Shown one piece after another: positions 1 to 7,887 of a DNA stretch of 59,772 bases. Made by a program: the position numbers and the translations under genes. The DNA lies in the NCBI GenBank assembly GCA_902764565.1, contig CACWWM010000001.1:1-59772 (forward strand), written 5' to 3'. The stretch is from an uncultured Eubacteriales bacterium. GTDB lineage: Bacteria > Bacillota > Clostridia > Christensenellales > Aristaeellaceae. Numbering within the stretch: position 1 is the first letter of the stretch; each line of letters opens with the position of its first letter. Under the pieces are notes generated by a model that worked only from the letters and a program-made list of their open reading frames with translations, did not search any database and had not been told where the DNA came from.

Positions 1-290
1 GCTGAATTCCTCAAAGTTCTTAGCATGTCCAACAGCGCATTTTTACAATCGCTTACCCAGGAATCACTCACTCATATTATTTTGAGAATCATTGTTGTTC
101 TCCTCCGCATCAGAACTAACCATTTCATTCATCTTTTTTGGGTTTCATTGGCCTATCGCGTGTGTGCGCGCGCGGTTTAATGTAAAGTTTTTTCATACCA
201 AGCTATTTGTCGGCTTCCGGTTCTTCCCTTGAAAATGAAAATAGCGCAGGACGATATTTCATCCCGCGCTTCCGTTTTTCCACCATCCAG

Positions 291-316
291 CATTAAGCAA
301 CGCATTAAGTAATAGC
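291..316 (+). repeat. direct repeat copy 1 (CATTAAGCAACGCATTAAGTAATAGC), candidate integrase arm-type sites
   Basis: Near-identical copy at 566..590. Each copy holds two TTAAGYAA units, and the pair brackets the tRNA-Ser core. Confidence 0.4.
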
Positions 317-464
317 AGAATATTATTGAATTTTGGGGAATATTTTGGCAATAATTGCGATTCATGATCTATGGCTTTTTCGCCGGTAAATTCTGGCATA
401 TATCCCCGTTTTCTGTATATTATGGCAAATAAAATACCCCAAATCATACATGATTCGGGGTATT

Positions 465-529
465 TGGCGGAGAAGGAGAGATTTGAACTCTCGCTACGAT
501 TCACTCGTACTACTCCCTTAGCAGAGGAG
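465..529 (-). other. 3' 65 nt of a tRNA-Ser(GCU) gene (anticodon arm, long variable arm, T arm, acceptor 3' strand, CCA); probable att core
   Basis: Minus strand reads CTCCT-CTGCTAA-GGGAG, TACGA-GTGAA-TCGTA, GAGAG-TTCAAAT-CTCTC, CTTCTCC-G-CCA. No D arm or 5' acceptor strand follows. Confidence 0.7.
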
Positions 530-565
530 CAGGAAACCCCGAAAAATCCTCGCTCTATTCGGCTT

Positions 566-590
566 CATTAAGCAACGGTTAAGCAATAGC
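566..590 (+). repeat. direct repeat copy 2 (CATTAAGCAACGGTTAAGCAATAGC)
   Basis: Matches 291..316 except for one indel and two substitutions. Abuts the integrase stop codon. Confidence 0.4.
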
Positions 591-1681
591 TAAATCATGT
601 TGACGGATTTTATTTTATCGGACAGGGGGATGCGGACATAGTTTTTCAAGGTGGTTAGGTAGCTGGCATGGCCGCCAACTTCGGCAATGATGCCGCCCTG
701 GACGCCCTCTGCCGTCATTCGGGAGAAGAAATAATGGCGGCAGGTATGCGGGGGCAATTCCCGCAGGCCGGTACGGGCGACCACTTCCCAATAGGCGGTA
801 TAGAAATTATCCTCGTTCATTTCCAGCAGCTTGCGCCTGCGCTTCGGGATGATCTTCTCAATCAGGGGCTTTATCTTTTTGTGAATTGGTATTTCACGAT
901 CTATGCCAGCTTCGGACTTGATTCCACCGACCATATAGCTTTCTTTCAGGTGAATATTCTCCAAATAGATGGTGGACAATTCCCCATAACGCAGACCGGC
1001 ATAACACATAATCAGAACGTAAGCCGTGAAGGGGTGCTTTTCATAATCCTTCCACAAGGCGGAGATTTCTTCCGGCGTCCAGCATTCGCGCTTGGCCTTG
1101 GGCGCGTCATAGGGAATATCCACATAATCGGTTTTGTTGTACTGCACGATTTCCCGCTTGATGGCGATTTTGTACAAATGGGAAAGGCAGACACGCATAT
1201 CGCGGGCGGGATAATAGGATTGGGTCTGCTGCTCGATCAAATCTTCCATATCCGCAACGGTGAGGGTGGCAATGCCCTGAAGCTCTATGGATTTCCAGCG
1301 GGCCCAGGCATAGCCCATTTTATCGCGCTGGGATTTCGACAGCGCATCATAATCCTTGCTGGCGGTATATATTTCGTGGAGATCGTGAAGCGTCATATCG
1401 GCTGGCTTGGTATACTGTTTCAAGGATGGCAGGAAGTTGATCGCATCGGTTCGCTTTTCAAACACCTTCGTTTTGATTTTCTTATGCCGCTTGCCTGTTT
1501 CATCGTTATACCAACCGATAACGTGGACGGCGATCCACTTTTTATTTTTCAACTGATACACGGAGCCTTGCCCATTCCCCCGCTTCTTTTTAGAACGGGG
1601 CTTTTTCTGCTGGGGCGCGCCGCAATGATTGCAGAACGCAGAACCATCCTGGATTTCTTTTTTGCAGCGCAAACAAATCAT
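590..1681 (-). CDS. int: tyrosine integrase with N-terminal zinc ribbon
   Basis: 363 aa. N-terminal CxxC...CxxC (MICLRCKKEIQDGSAFCNHCG). Recombinase motifs AGLRYGEL, HTCRHYF and GHASYLTTLKNYVRI. Confidence 0.9.
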   Translation of the reverse strand: MICLRCKKEIQDGSAFCNHCGAPQQKKPRSKKKRGNGQGSVYQLKNKKWIAVHVIGWYNDETGKRHKKIKTKVFEKRTDAINFLPSLKQYTKPADMTLHDLHEIYTASKDYDALSKSQRDKMGYAWARWKSIELQGIATLTVADMEDLIEQQTQSYYPARDMRVCLSHLYKIAIKREIVQYNKTDYVDIPYDAPKAKRECWTPEEISALWKDYEKHPFTAYVLIMCYAGLRYGELSTIYLENIHLKESYMVGGIKSEAGIDREIPIHKKIKPLIEKIIPKRRRKLLEMNEDNFYTAYWEVVARTGLRELPPHTCRHYFFSRMTAEGVQGGIIAEVGGHASYLTTLKNYVRIPLSDKIKSVNMI

Positions 1682-1765
1682 GATTCTACTCCTTTACAAA
1701 ACGCTGATTCCATGATAGAATAAGCGTGATCCTGGCTCGATGTGGTGTTGGCTGGGATCTTCCGC

Positions 1766-1792
1766 CCCCCGCGCAAGCGGGGGTTTTATTTT
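1766..1792 (+). terminator. GC hairpin (CCCCCGC-GCAA-GCGGGGG) followed by TTTTATTTT
   Basis: The stem-loop plus T run is seen only in the + orientation, between int and the SWIM gene. It may block read-in from the left. Confidence 0.4.
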
Positions 1793-2196
1793 GCTTCCAA
1801 ATCAGCAAGACGGGCTTTCAATTCATCGTATTTTTTATCCGGCATGATCGGGCTATCGAAGTGATAATAGAATCCATATGCGGACGCAATCTGCTGGCGC
1901 AGGGCGGCAATATCAGCAAGGCGCTGCTGCTGGGGCGTGTTCCCATTGGCATTGATGATCCCCGCTTCCATGGCAAGGCGAAGGATATGCTTGCAGGGGA
2001 TATAACCCTGTTTGATGGCGAAGTCAGGGCAAGAGCAAGTTTCGAGATCGGTTTGATAGATCGTCCCTTCGCTTCCGATGAAGACGCCCTTGCACTCGTT
2101 TTCATTTATGGACAAAGAATCAACCTTCACCTTTGCAGCGCGCTTTAGACGCCCTTCATCCTTTGGCGCTTCGTTTTCCCATATCCAATTAGACAT
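1786..2196 (-). CDS. SWIM zinc-finger protein
   Basis: 136 aa with a CxC-x14-CxH pattern (CSCPDFAIKQGYIPCKH). Confidence 0.65.
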   Translation of the reverse strand: MSNWIWENEAPKDEGRLKRAAKVKVDSLSINENECKGVFIGSEGTIYQTDLETCSCPDFAIKQGYIPCKHILRLAMEAGIINANGNTPQQQRLADIAALRQQIASAYGFYYHFDSPIMPDKKYDELKARLADLEAK

Positions 2197-2199
2197 AAT

Positions 2200-2718
2200 T
2201 TATTCTCCTTCCGTATTTGCAAATTTTCTAATAATCAGCGCATGAAATAATCTATTTTCGGTATATTCAAAACGTATATTATCTTTTTCGATAATAGACC
2301 CGTCATTTATGACATTATATTGAATTGTATAATATAATTTTTCTGCTTCTCCCTTATCTATTGCCAGTACAGAAGAAATAAATAATGGCATGACTTCATC
2401 TTTTGGACGATAAGAAACAGGCACTTCGAGTAAGAAAATTTCTTTTGATCCATCATAATAATAATCATATAAGAACCAGAAAGAATCCCCGACTTCAAAA
2501 TTGATCCATTCATCTTCTTTGCGGATAGATACACCTATTTCTTTAAGCGGAATATAAATATCCGCTTCTTTTGCGGATTCAAGAAAATTAGAAATTGGAG
2601 ACAAATCTATGGTTGGCCTCCCATACATTGGGCAGCCCCAATCATAGCTTTCAGATTGCGCAAAAGCCATAGAGCAAAAAAGTAAAATGAAAACCATGAG
2701 AATGCACAGCCTTTTCAT
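2200..2718 (-). CDS. secreted/lipoprotein-like protein, AT-rich moron
   Basis: 172 aa with signal peptide MKRLCILMVFILLFCSMAFAQ. Composition is clearly more AT-rich than the flanks. Confidence 0.6.
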   Translation of the reverse strand: MKRLCILMVFILLFCSMAFAQSESYDWGCPMYGRPTIDLSPISNFLESAKEADIYIPLKEIGVSIRKEDEWINFEVGDSFWFLYDYYYDGSKEIFLLEVPVSYRPKDEVMPLFISSVLAIDKGEAEKLYYTIQYNVINDGSIIEKDNIRFEYTENRLFHALIIRKFANTEGE

Positions 2719-2767
2719 CTTTGTACCTCCTTTTTCTGAACGGATGCCGGATTTCAGAATAAGACCT

Positions 2768-3151
2768 TCACGATGTTACCTTCTTTTTTGTCAGCCCGTC
2801 TTGGGTTATAGGGCTATCTGCAAGGGTGTTTATGAACCACAAAACGCGGCTCCTTGAATCCTGGTTCATAGAGCGCAATACAATGATTAGCTCTTTTTCA
2901 TCATCAGACAGAGAAAAAGCATTGTCGTTTTGCGAAACGATGGTAAGCGCGCTGTCATGAAGTCCAAGAAGTTCATCACAGCTGACACCAAGGAGCTTTG
3001 AAAGGGCAATTAGATTTTCTATTGTCGGGTTCGTTTTTCCTTTTTCCCAATCGCTGATCGACGGCGCTTTTACCCCGAGCGACACGGCAACAAATTTCTG
3101 TGAAAAACCTTTCGCCTCTCTGCATTGCCTGAATTTGTACACGGCTCTCAC
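2768..3151 (-). CDS. XRE-family HTH repressor (CI-like)
   Basis: 127 aa with HTH FSQKFVAVSLGVKAPSISDWEKGKTNP. Divergent from the cro-like gene. GTG start; an alternative GTG lies at 3142. Confidence 0.8.
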   Translation of the reverse strand: MRAVYKFRQCREAKGFSQKFVAVSLGVKAPSISDWEKGKTNPTIENLIALSKLLGVSCDELLGLHDSALTIVSQNDNAFSLSDDEKELIIVLRSMNQDSRSRVLWFINTLADSPITQDGLTKKKVTS

Positions 3152-3162
3152 CCCTTTCTTAT

Positions 3163-3191
3163 ATTATATAGGCACGGCCTATTAAATACAA
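3163..3191 (-). promoter_or_regulatory. repressor promoter TTGTAT-17-TATAAT
   Basis: Read on the minus strand. Operator TAGGCACGGCCTA (3169..3181) sits in the spacer. Confidence 0.55.
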
Positions 3192-3256
3192 TGAAAAAAA
3201 GTTAGGCGTTACCTATTGACAAAGGCGATACCTAAGTTTATAATAAGGCATAGCCT
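3169..3256. promoter_or_regulatory. four operator palindromes AGGC-N3-RCCT (3170..3180, 3204..3214, 3223..3233, 3246..3256)
   Basis: AGGCACGGCCT, AGGCGTTACCT, AGGCGATACCT and AGGCATAGCCT lie between the divergent HTH genes. Confidence 0.65.
3216..3244 (+). promoter_or_regulatory. early rightward promoter, consensus TTGACA-17-TATAAT
   Basis: Exact hexamers at 3216..3221 and 3239..3244. Operators lie in the spacer and just downstream of the -10. Confidence 0.75.
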
Positions 3257-3280
3257 AACTTACAAAGCGGGGATTGAGAA

Positions 3281-3493
3281 ATGAGACAATGGCTGATCGA
3301 TTTGAGGGAGGCAAAGGGGTATTCGCAAAAGGCCGTATGTGACTATGCCGGTATCAGCCAGCCAACGTATTGGGAATATGAACGCGGTATTTCGACCCCA
3401 AAGCCTCTGAACGCTAAGAAAATTGGTCATTTCCTGGGATTTGACTGGACACGGTTTTATGAAGATGAAAAGAAAGAGGGTAAGCCAGCATGA
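3281..3493 (+). CDS. XRE-family HTH protein (Cro-like)
   Basis: 70 aa with HTH YSQKAVCDYAGISQPTYWEYERG. RBS GGGGATTGAGAA lies upstream. Confidence 0.8.
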   Translation: MRQWLIDLREAKGYSQKAVCDYAGISQPTYWEYERGISTPKPLNAKKIGHFLGFDWTRFYEDEKKEGKPA

Positions 3494-3744
3494 CGTTTCA
3501 AGAAATCGTGTCGTCGGATAAAGACTTTTTGACCCCGGATGAAGTGAAAGACGTGGTTGGCTGCATGCCATACTCCATCAATATCCAGGCAAAAGATGAT
3601 CCGGCGAAGCTGGGCTTTCCGGTGTGCATCATGGGTACGCGGGTGAAGATTCCCCGGCTGGGTTTCATCCATTGGATGCGGTATGGCAATGCGCCGGTGG
3701 TGGTGCCGGAAGATGGTATATACCGCACCGCGGAGGCGGTATAA
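3490..3744 (+). CDS. excisionase-like HTH DNA-binding protein
   Basis: 84 aa with pattern LTPDEVKDVVG...GTRVKIPRLGFIHWM. ATGA overlap with the cro-like gene. Confidence 0.45.
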   Translation: MTFQEIVSSDKDFLTPDEVKDVVGCMPYSINIQAKDDPAKLGFPVCIMGTRVKIPRLGFIHWMRYGNAPVVVPEDGIYRTAEAV

Positions 3745-3746
3745 GC

Positions 3747-4169
3747 ATGGCCCTGCGAATGACAGAAGAAGAATACGCGGAATTTGTGCGGAGGAACAAA
3801 AGCCCCTTGCACCCAGGCGTTACACCCGGTACTGTGCCGCCGACAACTCCGCCCCCAAAGCGGAACAAGTACGGAAACCGGCGCGTGGAAGTAGACGGGA
3901 TGAAATTTGACAGCCAGCATGAAGCGGACTATTACTTCGGGATTCTGCTCCCGGCATGGAAACGCGGCGCTTTCCAGTTGCTTGCCCGGCAAGTTCCCTT
4001 CGATCTTCCGGGCGGGATCAAGTATATTGCAGATTTCGTTACGGTGAGCGTAGACGGCTATGTTCGCGTGATTGACGCCAAGAGCGAGATCACGCGGAAA
4101 AACCGGGCGTACATCAACAAACGAAAGCAGATGAAAGCCTGCTGGGGGCTTGAAATCCAGGAAGTATAA
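3747..4169 (+). CDS. DUF1064-like protein
   Basis: 140 aa with KYGNRRVEVDGMKFDSQHEADYY ... KYIADFV ... VIDAKS. The internal ATG is chosen because it follows the upstream stop. Confidence 0.65.
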   Translation: MALRMTEEEYAEFVRRNKSPLHPGVTPGTVPPTTPPPKRNKYGNRRVEVDGMKFDSQHEADYYFGILLPAWKRGAFQLLARQVPFDLPGGIKYIADFVTVSVDGYVRVIDAKSEITRKNRAYINKRKQMKACWGLEIQEV

Positions 4170-4185
4170 GCATATGCGGCGGCAG

Positions 4186-4300
4186 GCGGCGGTTGGTGTG
4201 ATGGCAAAGACAGTTCCCCTTCGTTCTTCTCCATGTTTTTTCTTCCTTCGATCCATCTTTGGAGCCAACCGCGCCGGTTCGATTCCGGCCCGCCGCGCCA
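4186..4300 (+). ncRNA. tRNA-like element: canonical T arm + acceptor + CCA, non-canonical 115-nt body
   Basis: GCCGG-TTCGATT-CCGGC followed by CCGCCGC-G-CCA. GCGGCGG at 4186 can pair as the 5' acceptor strand. I could not fold a D arm or anticodon arm. Confidence 0.3.
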
Positions 4301-4410
4301 GACCTCGGGGTGCGAATCAACGCTATAAAGGCATGGAAACCCCCGAAAAAGGCCACAGCCATGTCCTGGCCGCTACTCGGAATTTAGCGGCGCGTACCTG
4401 CGACAAAGGC

Positions 4411-4430
4411 GACAGCCGGGAAAGACCGGC
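4411..4430 (+). promoter_or_regulatory. repeat GACAGCCGGGAAAGACCGGC (boxB-like hairpin), copy 1
   Basis: 5-bp stem GCCGG/CCGGC with a purine loop GAAAGA, 38 nt upstream of tRNA-Phe. Confidence 0.4.
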
Positions 4431-4468
4431 CCGCGTCACCGATGTCACTTGCCGGGGCGCGGTCATAT

Positions 4469-4544
4469 GGACAGGTAGCATAAATGGTGAGTGCGGCGGA
4501 CTGAAAATCCGCAGAGACTTGTTCGATTCAAGCCCTGTCCACCA
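4469..4544 (+). tRNA. tRNA-Phe(GAA)
   Basis: 76-nt cloverleaf folded by hand: GGACAGG/CCTGTCC acceptor, GCGGA-CTGAAAA-TCCGC, TTCGATT T loop, encoded CCA. Confidence 0.85.
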
Positions 4545-4662
4545 AAGCGGGATTTGCTTTCTTCCTTTCCTTCGTGGGCGCTATATCTCTAAATGCGAAA
4601 GGAAGCGCAGCCGGTGGCGTTATCGCCGGGGCGCTTCGGGGGCGGCATACCCCGAAGCCCGT

Positions 4663-4737
4663 GCCGAAATAGCTCAAAGGCAGAGCAGGCTATTTGTAAT
4701 GGTCAGGTTGTGGGTTCGATTCCCGCTTTCGGCTCCA
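4663..4737 (+). tRNA. tRNA-Thr(UGU)
   Basis: 75 nt: GCCGAAA/TTTCGGC acceptor, GCTC-AAAGGCA-GAGC D arm, anticodon loop TTTGTAA, GTGGG-TTCGATT-CCCGC, CCA. Confidence 0.85.
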
Positions 4738-5068
4738 AAGGCTATGCACAAGCCTATTCCAAGGAAGCGCACAGGAAGGGGGTGACGGATAATATGACCG
4801 CCATATACTGGTACATCGTGCGGCTGGAACGGCAGGCCGCATCCTGGCTGTTCCGGCACTATGGAAAAAAGATACCTGGGAAAGTATCATCCTTCTTCAT
4901 CTTCCAACAAAATATGACGTTCAGAAAAGAAAACTGTATGCGCTTTCATAGCGCGGCCACAGGGGATTAGATTTTGGGCGGATGATCCGCCCGCGCAACA
5001 CAATTCATGTGCAAAACGAGTTTCCCTGTGACACGCGGCGGCGAGGAGTGGCCGCGCCGCCGCGATTT

Positions 5069-5142
5069 GCGGATGTGGTGCAAAGGCAGCACAGCAGCCT
5101 TCCAAGCTGCGTATGCGGGTTCAATTCCCGTCATTCGCTCCA
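5069..5142 (+). tRNA. tRNA-Gly(UCC)
   Basis: 74 nt: GCGGATG/CATTCGC acceptor, GCAGC-CTTCCAA-GCTGC, GCGGG-TTCAATT-CCCGT, CCA. Confidence 0.85.
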
Positions 5143-5256
5143 ATTCTCACCGGCCATGTTCCGGAGCATGTATAGCCCGAATGATCTGCCGGTTAGAAAT
5201 TCGGGGACACCCGCCGTTAATGGGCTTACGACCTAATAGCCGGAGCGGGCAATGGT

Positions 5257-5276
5257 GACAGCCGGGAGAGACCGGC
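5257..5276 (+). promoter_or_regulatory. repeat GACAGCCGGGAGAGACCGGC, copy 2
   Basis: Preceded by GGT, as in copy 3. Ends 8 nt before the 82-nt tRNA-like element. Confidence 0.4.
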
Positions 5277-5284
5277 ACTCTTAC

Positions 5285-5366
5285 GCTGGCGTGATTGGCT
5301 GAAAGACTGCCAATGGCAAACGGATGAAAGAAGCCGCTCCCGGTTCAAATCCGGGCGTCAGCACCA
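5285..5366 (+). ncRNA. 82-nt tRNA-like element with atypical core
   Basis: Acceptor GCTGGCG/CGTCAGC, CCCGG-TTCAAAT-CCGGG T arm, A-CCA end. The interior has a 6-bp helix ATTGGC/GCCAAT with a 9-nt loop TGAAAGACT and no standard D or anticodon arms. Confidence 0.4.
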
Positions 5367-5501
5367 ATGGTACATCAGGCCGCGCTACGGCGTGTGTACG
5401 GAGGGGAATGCCTGAATATCTCCTTGCCCAAGCGGTCACGGGCCATAGTGTACGATGATTTTCTGTTCGAGTGTACAAGCAGACCGCAAAGCGCAACAGG
5501 T

Positions 5502-5521
5502 GACAGCCGGGAAAGACCGGC
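5502..5521 (+). promoter_or_regulatory. repeat GACAGCCGGGAAAGACCGGC, copy 3
   Basis: Lies 30 nt upstream of the ATG at 5552. A partial fourth copy, GGTGACAGC plus GCG-AAA-CGC, is at 6044..6059. Confidence 0.4.
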
Positions 5522-5551
5522 TATTTCTTCCGAAGGGAGGAAGACGATAGC

Positions 5552-5821
5552 ATGATCTCCGACGAGTTCAGCAAGGATGAAGTGCGGTTTCTTCCTCCGA
5601 CAAAAAGAACATGCCCGATTTGCGCGGACAAGCACTTCAAGCATGAGCCGCACAACCGGAACAGCCTGTATTATCAAATGATGTTCTTCCGGGAGCACGG
5701 ACGCCTGCCCCGTTGGGCGGACGCGCTGGAAGACACAAGCGAAATGATGCGGGCTTACTGGATGGGCGAAATGAAAAAGAAAGGAGTGCGCCCGGAAGAA
5801 ATTTCAGCGAATGGTAGATAA
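5552..5821 (+). CDS. hypothetical protein
   Basis: 89 aa with RBS GGGAGGAAG. Confidence 0.6.
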   Translation: MISDEFSKDEVRFLPPTKRTCPICADKHFKHEPHNRNSLYYQMMFFREHGRLPRWADALEDTSEMMRAYWMGEMKKKGVRPEEISANGR

Positions 5822-6026
5822 CGAATGGATTGACGCGAACACGCGGAAACCGACGGAAAGGGACGCCGATAAAAAAGCCTGCGTTCTGGCATGGCACAGG
5901 TACAACGGGATCACGGTAACGGGATGGCACCAGTTCCACCATGACGCGAACGGCTTCCTCACCCATTGGAAGCCAGCACCAAACCCACCGCCGGGATTTG
6001 AAGCATGGGAATACGACGACGGATAA
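5811..6026 (+). CDS. DUF551-like protein
   Basis: 71 aa with pattern W..........P.....VL.W......THWKPAPNPP. Confidence 0.5.
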   Translation: MVDNEWIDANTRKPTERDADKKACVLAWHRYNGITVTGWHQFHHDANGFLTHWKPAPNPPPGFEAWEYDDG

Positions 6027-6176
6027 AAATATACCGCGCTCCGGGTGACAGCGAAACGCGGCGGCAGGGAAACCCGTGTGTTCTCGTGATTTCCTATACG
6101 TTATTTTACCATATAAACCAAGAAAAATCAATAGGCAAAGAAAGACAAGAAGTGCGCCAGGAAGGAGAAAACGGAC

Positions 6177-7112
6177 ATGAACGAACCAGCCAACACCGAA
6201 AACCACGCCCTTTCCACCCTGGACATGCTGGGCAAAGAAGCCCGGATGTACAGCGAAGCCATGGTGATGAACCTGTTCCAATTGGGGCGGGTGCTGATCG
6301 AGGCGAAAAAGCTGTGTCCTTTCGGAGAATGGGGCCATTGGCTGCAACAACATACGGACATGAGCGATAGGCACGCACAGCAGATCATGGGCGTTTACCG
6401 CCGGTTCGGGGAAAGGCAGGGCTTTGCCGACATTGACAAAGCCAAACTTTTCAGCATGCTTGCTCTCCCGGAAGGGACAGAAGATAAGTTTATTGCCGAA
6501 CACGAAGTAAACGAAATGAGCAGCCGGGAAGTGGCCGACGCTGTGAAAAAAGCACGGGCAGAAGCGCAAAGAGAGGCGCAGGCGGCCATAGATGAGGCGA
6601 ACCGGGCAAGGGAGGAAGCAGAACGGCGGGCCGAGGAAGCCGAAAAACGCCCGGCAGAGATACCGGAGGACATCGCCGAAACCCTGCGGACGCAGAAACA
6701 GCAAATTGAACAACTCTCCGAAGTAGGAAGGGACGCCCTGGACGAAAACAGACGCCTTTCCGGGGAAAACCAAAGACTTCAAAGAGAACTGGCGGAGCAG
6801 GGGGATTTGCTGGAAGAAATGCAAGGCCAGTATAACCGAGCCCAGGCAGACCTTTTGAACGCCCAAAGCACCCTTGCCAGGGGCGACGCCGAACGCATCC
6901 CATCCGACGAATTGACCCCTGACGCGCTGGCCGCAGCGGTGAACAGCTTTATCGGGGCCGTATGCCGGATGCCTCATATGCACGGCACATTTGCGGCCAT
7001 GGATGGAGATACGCGGCGGGAATATGATGAACTGCTTTCCGCGGTGGAGGATTGGGCCAAGGGAGCCAGGGCGGCACTGAATACCGCGGGGGGCGAAGGG
7101 AGCGTGTATTGA
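6177..7112 (+). CDS. DUF3102-like protein with long coiled coil
   Basis: 311 aa with LGRVLIEAKKLCPFGEWGHWLQQH. The centre is Glu/Arg/Ala-rich. RBS GGAAGGAG. Confidence 0.65.
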   Translation: MNEPANTENHALSTLDMLGKEARMYSEAMVMNLFQLGRVLIEAKKLCPFGEWGHWLQQHTDMSDRHAQQIMGVYRRFGERQGFADIDKAKLFSMLALPEGTEDKFIAEHEVNEMSSREVADAVKKARAEAQREAQAAIDEANRAREEAERRAEEAEKRPAEIPEDIAETLRTQKQQIEQLSEVGRDALDENRRLSGENQRLQRELAEQGDLLEEMQGQYNRAQADLLNAQSTLARGDAERIPSDELTPDALAAAVNSFIGAVCRMPHMHGTFAAMDGDTRREYDELLSAVEDWAKGARAALNTAGGEGSVY

Positions 7113-7408
7113 TGATCCATCGGATTGATATTTCCCCGGAGGTTTTTACTTCAAGCGAAGCAAAGAGCCTGACAAAAGAGGAATGGGCTGAAATTGCTGA
7201 CGGACTATGCGAAGCGGGGCCGTATCTGGTGAAAATATGCCAGGAAATGGCAAAACAAAACCCGGCAATCACGAAGATTGCCCCTTCCCTTTCCTCTGAT
7301 ACCGTGGACGCCTATTTGCAGGCCGCGGTAACCGCCTGCGCCTATGTGAGCCAATTCGCCGCGGATCAGGTTAAATTCATCGTGGTAAAGGATGGTGAAA
7401 AGAATTGA
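7112..7408 (+). CDS. hypothetical protein
   Basis: 98 aa. The start overlaps the upstream stop. Confidence 0.5.
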   Translation: MIHRIDISPEVFTSSEAKSLTKEEWAEIADGLCEAGPYLVKICQEMAKQNPAITKIAPSLSSDTVDAYLQAAVTACAYVSQFAADQVKFIVVKDGEKN

Positions 7409-7887
7409 CACAGGAACATCCAGAGACACAGCTTTCCATCGCCGAGCAAAAGGCGCTTTCTTCCGCCATCACGGAGATCATGCGGCCTGTGATCCAGAGC
7501 ATGGGGAAACTGCTTCAACAGAACGCGGAAGCACTGGAAAGGCTGGCCGCCTCCCAGGCCGTGCAAAATAACCGGCTGGAAGCACTGGAAAAACAAATCC
7601 GCCTGCAAACCCCTATTACCACCAAACAGGCGCAATACCTGAACGACGCCATCCGCAACAGGGCACGGGAACTGCTGGACAAGCGGGAGCTTTCCGGGGA
7701 CAAATGGGCCGTGACCAAGCTGGGGAACGCCATCCGCAAGGACGTGCTGGCCCGGTATGGGGTGGCCGGGCTTCGAGAAATCCCCCGGCATGAATACCAG
7801 GTAGCCATGAACCAGATCGGGATGTGGAGCAATGCGCTGGTGATCCGGGACGTGGTGAAGGAGGCAAGGGAACGTGCAGAGGGATGA
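7405..7887 (+). CDS. hypothetical protein (ORF6C-like C-terminal region)
   Basis: 160 aa. The TTG start overlaps the upstream TGA. Confidence 0.45.
   Translation: MTQEHPETQLSIAEQKALSSAITEIMRPVIQSMGKLLQQNAEALERLAASQAVQNNRLEALEKQIRLQTPITTKQAQYLNDAIRNRARELLDKRELSGDKWAVTKLGNAIRKDVLARYGVAGLREIPRHEYQVAMNQIGMWSNALVIRDVVKEARERAEG

Noticed and set aside
177-571. ORFs 177..365(-), 259..504(-) and 371..571(+)
   Set aside because: They overlap the tRNA-Ser fragment and the att-like repeats. The region is AT-rich and non-coding in character, with no RBS.
668-1723. 351-aa plus-strand ORF
   Set aside because: Antisense to the integrase gene, which has clear catalytic motifs.
4150-4970. ORFs 4150..4785 and 4593..4970, including a 58-aa sub-ORF from ATG 4794 with a GGAAGGGGG RBS-like sequence
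   Set aside because: The long ORFs run straight through tRNA-Phe and tRNA-Thr, so they are not coding. The 58-aa sub-ORF cannot be distinguished from chance without expression or conservation data.
5637-6983. 448-aa minus-strand ORF
   Set aside because: It is antisense to the well-supported DUF551-like and DUF3102-like genes. Its Arg/Pro/Gly-rich low-complexity translation with no RBS is typical of a shadow ORF in GC-rich coding DNA.
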